From the NCBI GenBank assembly GCA_002269645.1, contig NIVC01004543.1:1-42649 (forward strand): a DNA stretch of 42,649 nt. The letters are read 5' to 3'. Source of the stretch: Macrostomum lignano. Its lineage: Eukaryota. The position numbers and the translations under genes are program-made. Positions 27,329 to 39,470 of this stretch are shown piece after piece; positions within the stretch are counted from its first letter, which is position 1; each line of letters starts with the position of its first letter. The notes under the pieces are model-generated. The model worked only from the letters and a program-made list of their open reading frames with translations, was not told the DNA's origin and did not search any database.

Positions 27329-29289
27329 TCAGCCCAGGTAAGAAAGAGAGTGGGCGTCTAGCAGGTCATAGCAGAGGCAGTGGAGCAGCCGCTGCAGGCT
27401 GAGCCTGCGCAGAGGGTCCGGATGCAGCAGCGCAGTGACGCACTGGTACAGCAGGGAGTCCATGTCGGCCGGTCGGTCCACTTCGCCGCGCTCTAGCAGC
27501 CGCAGCCGCGCCTCGCCATCACTGGGGCTGTCCGTGGACTCCGGCACGTGACCGCCCGCGGCCTCGAACACGCACAGACCCAGGGAGAAATTGTCCACCA
27601 GACGAGGGTCCGGGTGCCGTCCGAGGTCCAGGGCGTCCATTGGCATGAAGCGGCCGTTGCCGTCCTCCAGGTTCTCCAGGTCAGCCGTGTCCCTGGCATG
27701 GCCGAAGTCGCCCAGCTTGAAAAGCAGCCGCTCCCGGAGGTCAGGCATCATGGCAGCCAGCCTACCGTGCCGCTCCGACAGCGGCATCGCAGGTGGCAGG
27801 CTGGCCCTCGGTGCCCTGATGAGGATGTTGCTTGTGCTGCAGTCCAGATGGGCCAAGCCCTCAGAGTGCATGAAGGCCAGGGCGCTGCCGATGTCCCGCA
27901 CCAGGTGGCGCAGGCGCTCGTCGGGCAGGCGGACGCGGCAGGCGAGGTACTGGCGCAGCGCCAGGCCGTTGCAGTACTCCAGTTGGATGTACAGTCGGTC
28001 GAACTGCACCCAACAACCGTAGTACTCCACTATGTTGGGATGGCGCTCACTTAGCCCGGCCATCGCCCACACCTCCTAAAATTCGAGCGAGTTCGAATTG
28101 CATGCCACAGGGATAACTACCTGGCCTCCACCATACCGCAGGGACCACCAGAATGCAACTCATGCCACAGGGATAACTACTTGGCCTCCACCATACCGCA
28201 GGGACCACCAGAATGCAACTCATGCCACAGGGATAACTACCTGGCCTCCACCATACCACAGGGACCACCAGAATGCAACTCATGCCACAGGGATAACTAC
28301 TTGGCCTCCATCATACCGGTGACCACCAGCATGCAAATCATGCCAATATGGGATAACTACCTGGCCTTCAGCGTGTCACAGACCTCCAGAAAACTTACCT
28401 GGATGCCCTCCTTGGCCTGAGCAGAGGCGCTGGGACCGTCACGAGTTTTTTGCGGCAGGGCGGTCTTGAGGCAGTACACCCGGCCGTCCAGCCGGTTGAT
28501 GGCGGTGAACACGAAGCCAAAGGAGCCGCTGGCAACGGCCCTGGTGTTGTCCTCATCAGTGAGGTCGAACTCGGTGTAAAGCCGGTCGGAGTTCAGCAGC
28601 CGTTCGTCCATCAGCCGAGGCGCTTGGCCCGGCGTCAAGGCGAGTTTCCGCCTGCCTTCGGGGGTGCACCGGTTGATGTTGGAACCGGACAGGCAGCGGA
28701 TGGCCTGGCAGTTCCTGTACATGCGGCTCTGCTCACTGCGCACACTCAGCAGCAACTCCGGTGCCTGCGGGCCCGACTGGCCAACTGGAGTAGCGGGCGG
28801 GGGCGGCTGCCGCTGCTCGGGGCTCGCAGATGTTTCGCTAGCGTCATCGTCAAAGCGCAGCACCCGACAGACGTCGGCACCGAAGGCCAGCTTTGCCGGC
28901 GCTGTTCGCAGCAACTGCAGCTCCTTGCGCCGCGTAAACATGACCTCCTCCATCTGGACGGTCTCAAAGAACTCCTGCTCTTGCTCCTGCACAGCAGTCA
29001 GCTGCCATTGCTGCTGATGGCCGGCCAGCTGCTGAGGCACAGCCGAGTGAGCCAGGCCAGAGTCGCAGTACTCCACCTGCTCGACCGCGTTCGGTGACAA
29101 ATCCAGGTCGGGATTCGAGCAAGAAGACGAGCTGAGGTATTCCGTCAGGTCCTGGCGAGGCGTTGAGGCACTCTTGGTCGGCTCAATGGAGTGGAACAGT
29201 GCCATGCAGGGCGGTTCGCCGCGGTCCTCGCAGCCCGAGGTGTCCATGAGACAGTTTTCAAATGACAAATCAGCCGGTCGTGACTCCAT
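27329..29289 (-). CDS. WEE1: Divergent Wee1-family protein kinase, about 545 aa. Exons 29289-28399 and 28075-27329
   Basis: NINRCTP resembles the Wee1 NINPFTP motif. RLYTEF...VASGSFGFVFTAINRLDGRVYCLK resembles RY..EF...IGSGEFG.V....RLDG..YAIK. Also present: EVWA, HPNIVEYY..W...LYIQLEYCNG, HLD, FKLGDFGH, EDGNGRFM and HPDP.RR. The intron CAG|GTAAGT...TTTAG|GAG is phase 0. Confidence 0.85.
28101..28366. repeat. 60-bp tandem repeat, about 4.5 copies, filling most of the 323-bp Wee1 intron
   Basis: Unit CATGCCACAGGGATAACTAC(C/T)TGGCCTCCACCATACCGCAGGGACCACCAGAATGCAACT. Confidence 0.93.
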
Positions 29290-32200
29290 TGCTTTCTGCA
29301 AGCAAGAATTGCTGGTTGGTGCAAGCAAGAGTTTACAAGTGAAACGAGAGTTTCAACCAAGTGTAATTTTAGCTGTACAGTGTTTTAAATCTATAAAGGC
29401 CTTAAAGAAGGGTTAAAAAACTTGATTTAAATTTTAAAGCTAGTTGAAAGGTAAAATTCGATATAAAAGCATGCTAAGACGTCAAAGAAAACTGGTCATG
29501 CATGCAAAATAAAATTTTCAGTTTAAGCCAACTGTCTTTAGTATCTTATAGTGAACAATAGGGTTGTTAAAAAGCCAGATGCCTAAAAAAGTCGATGAGG
29601 TAACAGTTGATATGCTAAGATAATGGTAGTAAGGCCTATGGGAAGTCTTAGTTAAAAGGCTAGGAATAATTTCTAAAACAAATATATTGTGTCTTATTAT
29701 GCATTTATCCAAGTGTCTACAAAATAATGTATTTTTCATATGCATAATACATATACTTGTACCAACAAAATTTTGCACAATTTTTAAAAGTAAAAGCATA
29801 ATTATGATTGTTTAAAATTAAAAAAAAATTCGAAGCTTTGATAGAACAACCTGACCTTATAGTACTTTTCTGCTTATTCATTTTTAGGTATATTTTAAAA
29901 TACCAAAAAGTATTTTGTCTACAAAAAAGCACAAAAATGATATACTGGTACAATGGTATAGCTAAGATAACAATAGGATTTCTTTAGTCTTGTAGTGGGA
30001 TTTGTAGAGTTAAGATGTTTTAATTGCTTTATAAGCTTTTTAGAATACACATAAGATAAATGAACAGGTTTGTAAGCTTGAATACAGTTTTATTTTTGCT
30101 TAACAATTTAGAAGTAAGGTCTGGTTATTATACTAATAGCTATCAGCTCATCACCTTTGAAATATAGTTTAGTACAAAAGCAGCATTTTTTTCTAGAAAT
30201 AAGAAGCTATTTTTATATTTCTATGAACTATAATTATTGCTACTTTTGTTAAGATAAATGTGGATAGTCAGTAGTTCTAAACTTTTATATCTATGTTTTG
30301 GTAGATATTTTCAAGGATATAAATTTATCTATCATTTCACTGTACATATTCTTAGGCATGACTTTTGGACTTATGGTAAGCATATATAGTACATTATAGA
30401 ACTGAACTGTATGGAATCTGCCTTGTTTGTAAAAATGGACAAAAAAGGACAGCATCAGCTTTTCAAATTATTACATATTATTACAAATTATTATTACAAT
30501 TGTTTCTAATGCAATTGCAATTGGTAAAAGTAGTTATTTTACTCAATAAACACTACTACTACAATATAGCAAAAAAAACAACAAACAAGGAAGCTGAAGT
30601 CTAGGAAATATTCTAGATATTCTAGATGAATCTAGTTTTATATTTTTCAAGTTTTTCTATAGATATCTAAGAAGTCTGAGTGCATTCAATCAAAACTACT
30701 TTCACTACTTGTTGCTAGCTTATTGACTTACTATAAGTCTATAGTTGAGTTCCTACAACATTCGTCTAAACTTTTGTTTGCATTGCATGTTTTTTTAAAG
30801 ATATTAAAGTTGATATAGAAATGAAAGTTGCAATTATAAATTTGTGTAAAATCCATACTTACAATGATATCCTTTTGCCAGGAAAATTCTGATGCACAGA
30901 AGCCTTCTCAGGCTTCTCAGCACATGTGGCATAGATGGCATAGTTGCAACATAGTGGCATAACATAAGGCAGACTGTGCAATATTTAAAATGCAGCATAT
31001 CAAATATAAAAGAAAAAGCATATTTAAATTAAAAATCTATGTATTAGACTATGTTGGAATATAGTTTAAATATTTTAATTTTAGAAAAAAATATAGAGTT
31101 TACAATTTATTTTTTTGTCTTTATCACCTTAAAATTTACATACTTTAGTAATTTCATTGGACAAATATAGCAATATAACTAAATATATATTTCAACAAAT
31201 GTTGGCTTATAATAATATAGACTGGTGCATATCATCATCCTGTATCTATCTATTATTTTTTATCTATTCTGCTTTATATTATATAACTAAATAGGAAAAG
31301 TTTTTATGTATGTATATATACGAGCTATATATATAAGTATTGTATGTATATAATCAATTTTAAAAGATTTATCCAACCATTTTTTTCAAGCTTGCACTTT
31401 TTATTCAAAAATTCTTATGAATTAGTACAGTTCTCTTGGCTAAAAGATTGCTCCATTTTAAAGGGATTAAGTATAAAAAGCATGCCTTTTTGCAAAGGTC
31501 AAGTAGATTTTTTCAAATTGAAATACATTATAAGAATGTTGGAGAAAAAAACTGACTGGCTAAATTTTTTTTCTAAAAAGATTGCATCCTAACTGGATTG
31601 TAACTCTAACTTAAATTGTGCTACTGTGTTGAAAACACAGTGTGGAAAGATAGCACAAGACTTGATTTAAATGGAGTAACACATTGTTAACTTTAATTGA
31701 GACTGATACCAACTTCTTGAGAAATTGATTGTCAACTGCTTTGTGTGATATATTCTTAGCTTTGAGTATTGAAAGTGTTGAATTATTTTGAATTATAAGT
31801 GCTACAAAGATAGCCCAAAGGTGAACAGGCTAAACTAGGCCTACTAATGTAGCAACATGGGTTCAAATTTTCAGTCTAGAGTTTATTATTAAAACTTTTT
31901 TGCTGTCAAGAAACTAAAGAACACTTTAAAAGAAGCATCATGTAAAACATTAAAAATGAATTAAGTAAAGCATAAAAGAAGTGCCATGTAAAAACCTTAT
32001 ATATAATCTTATTTACACTATTGTATACATTTTAGTATAGTGTACATCATTAGTATACACAACCTAGCACTTAAAGTCAACTTGAATGAAAAGTACACTT
32101 ACACATTCAAATAATTATAAAAATGTAAATGGACCCAAGATAATTGACAATAAATATATTGATTTTAAGCTCCAAGCTCACTAACAATTAAGTATCGTTT

Positions 32201-32789
32201 CTTTAGCTTTAATGAGTCCAAGGTACACCTCATTTTCCTTGACTTTTTATGAATTCATAAAATCATAATAAACTCATACTTAATATATTTAATTTAATTT
32301 GAATTGCTCAAAGTGGAATCAATTGTTTGAATTGTTGAAGCCAAGTATTACTAAGGTACATAATCACTTAAACAGAAATGCTAGTGTGCAATGATTCTTG
32401 CACCAAAATGTGAGTATCTATGTTTAGAAGTTTGGAACAATTCAAATTTATAATGCATTTGTAAAGCCTAGCACAAAATATAACAATACCTTCAATATTG
32501 TAACTGCAGCTTTTGTAAGTTCTTCTTTTCAATGGATATTTAAAATTTATATCATATTAGCAATGTAGTGCCATCCTTTGGGGTGTTCAATAAGCAAGAA
32601 GCAAAAATTACTCATACAAATCTGTAAAGAAACATTTTCTTGAGAAACAACTTTTTTGGTTTTATAGATTATCTTATTCAAGTAAAATTGTCATAGACAA
32701 AGATGTTTGCTAGGCCTATGAAACTTTTGTTAGGGCCTATCTAAAAGTAAATAAGTATGCAATAAAATAAAGCCTTCAAAAAGATAATA

Positions 32790-33145
32790 TATGTTCCCCC
32801 TAAGTTGAAAACATTCCCCAGATGGCAAATATCACCTAGATAGCAAGCAACCCCAAACAGCAAGTATCTACCAATAGCAAGCAACCTTAGAAAGCAATCA
32901 CCCCCCAATAGTAAGTAAGCATATCCTAGGCCTAATAGCAAGCAACCCCAGACAGTGAGACAGCAAGTATCCTCTAAAAGCAAGCATTCCCAGATAGGCC
33001 TAGCAAGCAACCAAAAAAGCAATCATCCTTCAGATAACAAACATCCCCAAAAGTAAGTACCTCAAACAACAAGCATCTCCCAATAGAATAGCAAACAACC
33101 CTAGATAGCAAGCATCCCTCAACAGCAAGCAACCCCAAACAGTAA
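32790..33145. repeat. Degenerate 18-bp minisatellite (CCCCCAGATAGCAAGCAT family), cluster 1
   Basis: Recurrent AGCAAGCA/AGCAAGTA followed by C-runs and AGAT/AAAC. Same family as 38780-38878 and 39471-39664. Confidence 0.75.
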
Positions 33146-33532
33146 ACAAACAAAATTATGCTTAGATTAGAAAAGCTGACATCCTATTTTAACTCTTTTT
33201 GCATGAATTGCAATATTTAACTATGAAAAATTAGCCTTACTAGCTATATAGTAGCTATAGCCTATACTTTAATTTTTCTTCTCAAACAAAAAGTCATTTT
33301 GTCTGCTAGCAGACAAAAAGGTAGCAGACAAAATGACTACAACTGTGTACCTTTTAGCATAGGCATTGCCATTATATACATAGTCATACTCATACGTCAT
33401 AGCTATAAATGTTTTTTTTACCTTAATACTATATGAATAATATATAGTATTATATATATATAATTTTAGATAATTAGGTTAATTGAATAAGTTTGAAAAC
33501 TCCTACAATTTTTTAAGTAAAGTAAATGTAGA

Positions 33533-33827
33533 GGTAATGGCTAGAGTTCCGGCACCGAAACCCGTTTTCTAACAGCTAAGGATCCGGCAGTGCTGTATAG
33601 AAGCATATAAAGACTGCTAAGAACATATCTTAACTTAAGAAGTCTGAATATTAGAAGCATCTCGTCCCGAATCTTATCATATCGTCTTAAATTTTAATCT
33701 AGAATAAAATCTTAATATCGGCCACCTGAAGAAAGAAAAATATAATGTTCCATCTATATTATAATGGCACTGCCGGATCCGTAGCCGTTAGAAAATGGGT
33801 TCCGGTGCCGGAACTCTAGCCATTGCC
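33533..33827. mobile_element. 295-bp MITE with about 70-bp TIRs, Merlin-like (Mutator-like not excluded)
   Basis: TIR GG(T/C)AATGGCTAGAGTTCCGGCACCG...GGATCCGGCAGTGC at both ends with few mismatches. Exact 9-bp TSD AAATGTAGA at 33524-33532 and 33828-33836. No coding capacity. Confidence 0.8.
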
Positions 33828-35977
33828 AAATGTAGACTACAATAAATAAAATTATGTGCTATGTTTTTTATGATTTACGCTATACATAATTTGTCCAAGG
33901 ACGACGACTTAAGTCGTCCTTGCCTTCTACTTAAGTCGTCCTTGAATTTGTCATTCCAAGAAAGACACTATAATATTTTTTGAATAGAATAATTTTCTAT
34001 GCCATGTATATAATTTTTTCTAGTTATATAGTTTTTAATAATATTACAAACTTATTTAATATATAAAAATATACGCTTCTTTCTATAATTTGTTTTAATC
34101 TACATTTTTATGCTTAAAGTTTAATTGTGTGTGTGTGAGTAAAAAATACTTCTTATATCACGTACATATGCAGCGCAGCCGCCAGCCAGACTGACTAAAG
34201 GTCTAAATAAAGCATTGATGTCTATCTTAGCCAAAAAGTTCTTGTGCAAGTGGTGCATACTCTATGACAGATTTGTTATCTAGATATTACAATACTAGAC
34301 TCTAGTAGGTATTCTAGAGGCTACCAAATATAATATGGATAGCATTGACATGATAGACTGGCTTACCTAATATTAATAAAGAATAAAATGTCATATGAAG
34401 TCCTATGAAGAAAAAAAGGCACCTGTATATTAGGGCTAGGGAGCAGAGCACTGGCTCAAACTATCTGCTAGGCCTATCTAAGACTTATTTTATCCAATAT
34501 AATATATACTTTAACTGTAAACCTAAACTAAAAACAAAGTGCTTCAAAAAATATATAGATGCCAATCTGATTTCAAACTCACTATCATTAATGCTCTATA
34601 CACAAATTCTAATCTTTTAGCTTTAACATAGTTTTTAATTAGTGGTGGAGATCAAATTTTCTGGCATTCCTTTGTCTTTGATTCATGATTATTTCAAACA
34701 GTGATAACCACCACTTAAAATAGTTGTAAGACATAAAAGCTGACAATAGTTTCAAATGAAAAAAAATCAAAAGTTGGCAAACTAACCTTGTTTATTTCAA
34801 AGGATAGTAAGAGTATTGTAACTTATATATTGCTATTTTGCAGTTTTTAATTACCTAAATATACATTTCCTATTAAAATGATTTTAAACCAAAGCTAGCT
34901 ATAGGAAAGGCTATCAAATAGTCCCACATGTCATTGTCTGTCAAGTAGCAAGTTTGAGCTAGTAGCTTATTATATCATCTTTGGTTTATAATTACTTCTA
35001 CACATGCACTTTACTAAAATTATTGCAAACTAAAGCTAGCAATATTACATTTACTCTAAGTACATATGCATTACATAGGTGGAATAGGCCTACAATATTA
35101 TTGTTAACCTAGTTTTAACTTTGGTTCACGATCATTTTTTATGTGCATTACACATTCAAATGATCATATACCAAAGCTGATATATAAGTATTATCCAAAA
35201 TACCACACTTTCAATTTTGCATATTTTTTATTAGCCGGTTTTGAACATGCCATTTTTGTGCTTCAAAAATAACAAAACTAATTTTTTATACAAAGTTAAA
35301 GTATAGTATAGACTCAGTAGCATTTTGCTATAAGCTCATTATCATTTATCAAAAAATACTTGCAAATCACAATAGATATATAAAAAATATATATTTTTTA
35401 AAACTTAGAAAATTGCTAAAATTAGACCTATGCTTTTATATAGCATTTAAAGTCTAGTTAAAGCTTTCATTGAAAACATATTAAAGCAAGGCATTTAAAA
35501 TATCATTTAAAACAGTCAATAGACAATAGTCAATATGACATTATAGACAATGTCAATTTTCTTTTTTGTAGTGCCTAAACAAACTTGGATTTTCTTAGTA
35601 ACTTATTGAACTATATGTTATATGCAATTTTGGATCTAGGACATGACAAGATGCTTCTTGGCAACAAATGTTTTAGCAACACACAACAAGTCATATCGGC
35701 AACAGATGTTGCAGTAATTTAATTATAGCATAGTAGATAGAGTTCCTAACTTTGTTATAGTCATTTTAATGCGTCACTAAGGACTAGGGGCCTTAGGCTA
35801 CAGGCATAGTGCTGTCATATCTACTTTTCTAAACCATGCCACAGTAAAAATTGAAAGCCATTGTAATGTAATCTACACAAATCAAAATACCCTGCCGGCT
35901 ACCAAAAATGAATTTTAGATACTGTGCCAATGCAACATTGCAATGAAATCACTGGCCATGCTGTACACAACCTCCTA

Positions 35978-37183
35978 TTTTGAACAAAGTCTTGTTCAAA
36001 AGAAACAAGCAGAACTTTAATTCAAACACTTTAAGAAATATCAGCCCTTGTGGAAATTCAATTTAAACAAAGTCCTTTTCTATTGAAATAGAAGAACTTC
36101 AATTCAGACTGTTTGTGGCCAAAATTGTCCTTGAGTGATGCGCATGCACATATTTGAAATTCAAAAGAAACAAAGTCACACTCTATTTCAACACAGGGAT
36201 AAAACATAGCATATCGACAAACATAAGAGTAAAATGAAAAACAGGAACAAGACAGTGTTAGTTGGCCAACTTAAGACACCTAACCATCAATTGCCTGTCC
36301 ACCAATGCAGCAAGGTATGTATGTAAACACATGGTTTAATCACTTAGTGCATTTGTCCACAGAGATGCAGCCAATGGTTCTGTCCACCATGTTGTACAGA
36401 ATGTCTCACCAATAGGCCGCCATTGACTGATTCCCATGCTGCTCAGCTATCGGAGTGATGAAATTTTGCTGGTCTGTTGCCAGTTTTCTCTTCAGAGTGT
36501 CCTTCTAATAGGAGATTGAGTTCTCCACAGGAATCAAAAATGGACTGTATGGTAGAAGCCACTTGACCTGAATGGTGTCTGGAATCTTATAGGCTGCTTT
36601 TCCACTCTCCTTGACCTCACAATTGTGTTTGCTGTTGACCTCTTGACTCCAAGTTGGTGCGCCAGTTCCACAAGTCATCCCCAAACAATCAGCAGCCCTG
36701 ATGATATAGTCTCTGTCACTGTTGCTTAAACAATAGCGCACTGCCAAGACTGCTGTTCCATGATATCTTCATTGAATTCTGCTTCAAATTCATTGATTCC
36801 ATCTTCTTCTAGCAATTCATCGTCTTCTTCAATCTGATCTTATAGCATTCATATCATTTCTTGTTGTGCAACGACTGTACAGTTATGCAGTATAGGGAAA
36901 ACAAAAAAATTAGACTAATGTACTAAAATGTACTTGTTATGAAATTTCACCTATGTGCAAAAATCTCTGTCAAAATAGAATGTGATTTTGTTTCTTTTGA
37001 ATTTCAAATCTGTGCATGCGCGTCACTCAAGGACAATTTTGGCCACAGACAGTCTGAATTGAAGTTCTTCTGTTTCAATAGAAAGGGACTTTGTTTGAAT
37101 TGAATTTCCACAAGGGCTGTTATTTATTAAAGTGTTTAAATTGAAGTTTTGCTTGTTCCTTTTGAACAAGACTTTGTTCAAAA
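35978..37183 (-). mobile_element. Decayed IS630/Tc1-mariner-like element with about 220-bp TIRs and TA TSD
   Basis: 35978-36196 is the reverse complement of 36967-37183 with scattered mismatches, and TA flanks both ends. Inside, the minus strand about 36840-36400 gives frameshifted DQIEEDDELLEE...VRYCLSNSDRDYIIRAAD.../LVELAHQLGVKRSTANTIVRSRRVEK, an HTH typical of Tc1/IS630 N-termini. No DDE domain remains. Confidence 0.7.
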
Positions 37184-37200
37184 TAGGAATTAAAATGGTG

Positions 37201-37237
37201 TAGTAGTAGTAAGAATTTAGCTTAGGCAATTAGCCTG
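37201..37237 (-). mobile_element. Very short 3'-end remnant of the LINE family at 40365+ (or of its partner SINE)
   Basis: TAGTAGTAGTAAGAATTTAGCTTAGGCAATTAGCCTG aligns with TAGTAGTAGTAAG-TTTGGCTCAGGCAAGAAGCCTG at 40371-40406. Confidence 0.45.
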
Positions 37238-38079
37238 GCATGTGCCACTAAGGTGGGGCGGAGAAAATTTAGAATTTCTTGGTTGCACAGGTTTTGCTGA
37301 CACCAATGAGATAGGCAGATTCTGTGTCTGAATTGCTGCTGGCATTGAGTTCACACAAATTAAATCCAAAAAAATTGTGCAGACAAATCACAACAAAATT
37401 CTTTTTTCCTGTTTTACTCCGACTGCCAGGGTTCTTAATTCCGGGGAGGGTAGTCGTAATCATAGCAGAGCAGTCGTTAGAGTGGCACAGTCGTTCAGAT
37501 GGTAGACACCGGAAATTCTGACACCGTAAATTAATGTGTCATTTTGTTGAGCTGATTACTAACAGTAAGGTAGATGTTGCCACCACCATAATTTACGTAT
37601 TATGGAACGTTGAAGTCTCAAACTTTCTTTGAGTTGAGAACTTTGGGTTGTTTTATGCCCCATGGGCAAATGACTCAAAATAAAGCTATGGGTTAATGTA
37701 CAAACAGTTGATTATTAATTTGCTATTTATTATTGCTATCAAACAAATAGTTAAAATATTAGAGAATGAATTGAGATGGCCTCGACTAATGGGTCCAGTG
37801 TGCCAGATGCAGGACAACTAATTAAATCTAATGTAAGACAACTATAGCACCAAATGCAAGCAAAAAGGAACGGAAATGAGGAAGAAAAAGTGCACATGAA
37901 AATATGGGCTCCAAACAGCACTATATAAATAATAATAAAATTACATCTTGCCAGAGGGCAGGACACCTGTGGATCCAGTGAATGGAAAATGATTTGCCAT
38001 CTTGGAGATCCTTGACTGGCTGCTACGCAAAAAAATTAGAAAAAATTATTAAAAGGAAAATTGAATCGCTTGGGGCAGT

Positions 38080-38153
38080 AATTGGGGCATAGCATGGAGG
38101 CAATTACATTTGATTGGGCAACAATTGGGGCATAGCATGGAGGCAATTACATT
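38080..38153. repeat. 31-bp exact direct repeat, period 43
   Basis: AATTGGGGCATAGCATGGAGGCAATTACATT at 38080-38110 and 38123-38153. Confidence 0.85.
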
Positions 38154-38779
38154 GGATGGGGAAGCGCCTAGGCCAACTAGTGGCATGATGTCAGGAGCTC
38201 ACAGTGGCAAATTTCACAAAAACTAAGCAAATTAATGCAAAATATTAATATTGACCTTAAGCAAATTATTTGACAAAAAATGAAGCAAAATTAAAATCCT
38301 TAAAGTAAATCATGCAAGTGAATTAATGGGAGGGATTAATGGGGAGCAATGCACAAATTAATTTGCCAATTTGATCAATTTCACTCAGTGGTAGACGCAC
38401 TACCACACCACCACCTTAAAATTCTAAGAAATTATATACTCTTAACAAAGCCAACTTATTATTTATCATTTTTAAATATTCTGGAATATAATTGTTTGTA
38501 AAAAATGATTAAAAAACATTTTAGAATATTCTTGCTTATTAGCGCAGCACCTCTTGATTTTTTTGTTGAAATTTTTAAAACTTTTCAATTTGGACTGTTT
38601 GTCTGCGGGGCAGTCCAGTCAGCTGGCAGAATAATAGCCCAGTACCCACAATTTTAGGCCCTACTAGCAATCTTTCCCCCCCCCCCCGATGGGGGACATC
38701 TTGATAGAATCTTTGTTCATTACAAGTAACAAATAGACAGTGAAAAAAAACTTTCATAAAAAACAACAAAAATTCTCTC

Positions 38780-38878
38780 TAAAAACAAAACATCCCAAGA
38801 TAGCAAACATCCCCAGACAGCATTCAGGCATCGATCCCTAAATAGTAAGCATCCCCCAGATAGCAAGGATCCCCCAGA
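38780..38878. repeat. 18-bp minisatellite, cluster 2
   Basis: CCCCCAGATAGCAAG(C/G)AT units ending at the left boundary of the TIR element. Confidence 0.8.
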
Positions 38879-39470
38879 CCCTATTAGAATAAATGTTAAA
38901 AACCCGCGGACGCGCACTTTAGGAAAGAGTCAAACTATTTTACCATGCTTTAGGATTATTAGAGATGTTCCGAAAGATCTGCAGTTTTGTTGAAATCAAA
39001 ATTCGCTAACTTTCCAAAATCAAAATTGAAATTTCCCAAAATCATAATTCAGAAAAACAAAGTTTAGTATGATCAACACTCACTTTTTTACTTTCAATTT
39101 ACTGCTTAAGCAAAAAGTAATACATGTATATGTAGTAGAAAGTAGTTTATTTTTAGCAACTTTTTAGACACTACCAAAATTTTCACTTCTAATTTTTTGT
39201 TGAAATTGAAATTTGCTCTAAAAAATTCAAATTTTGGAAAATTGAAATTGAATTTTCGAAACATCTATAAGCTTAATAAATAACAAGTGTATAAGCCCCT
39301 TCCATAGAGGTATTATACCCATTTCCATGTATATGTATTTGCTAAAGCAGCAGCCAATAAGAAAGGGCAGCGCGTGCACAGGTGATGTGCCTGTGCGCGC
39401 GCTGTGCTTTAGAAAAATTTCAAAAGTGCGCCAGACACCATCCACGGTTTTATAACTTTTTCTTATAGGG
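38879..39470. mobile_element. Unclassified 592-bp non-autonomous TIR element inserted into the 18-bp array
   Basis: Left end CCCTATTAGAATAAATGTTAAAAACCCGCGGACGCGCACTTT; reverse complement of the right end CCCTATAAGAAAAAGTTATAAAAACCGTGGATGGTGTCTGGCGCACTTT. CCCCCAGA is duplicated on both flanks. Confidence 0.45.

Noticed and set aside
21669-29416. TTAACCCTT at 21669 and AAGGGTTAA at 29408 as piggyBac ends enclosing SAXO and Wee1
   Set aside because: The match is only 5 bp beyond TTAA, there is no transposase, and such words are common in AT-rich DNA.
24365-29416. Long plus-strand ORFs opposite the SAXO and Wee1 exons (also seen opposite LARP1)
   Set aside because: Antisense shadows of GC-rich coding exons, with no independent motifs.
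38388-38430. GTGGTAG-ACGCA-CTACCAC hairpin followed by CTAAG as a Helitron 3' end
   Set aside because: Short stem, with no matching 5' TC end or Rep/helicase remnant identified.
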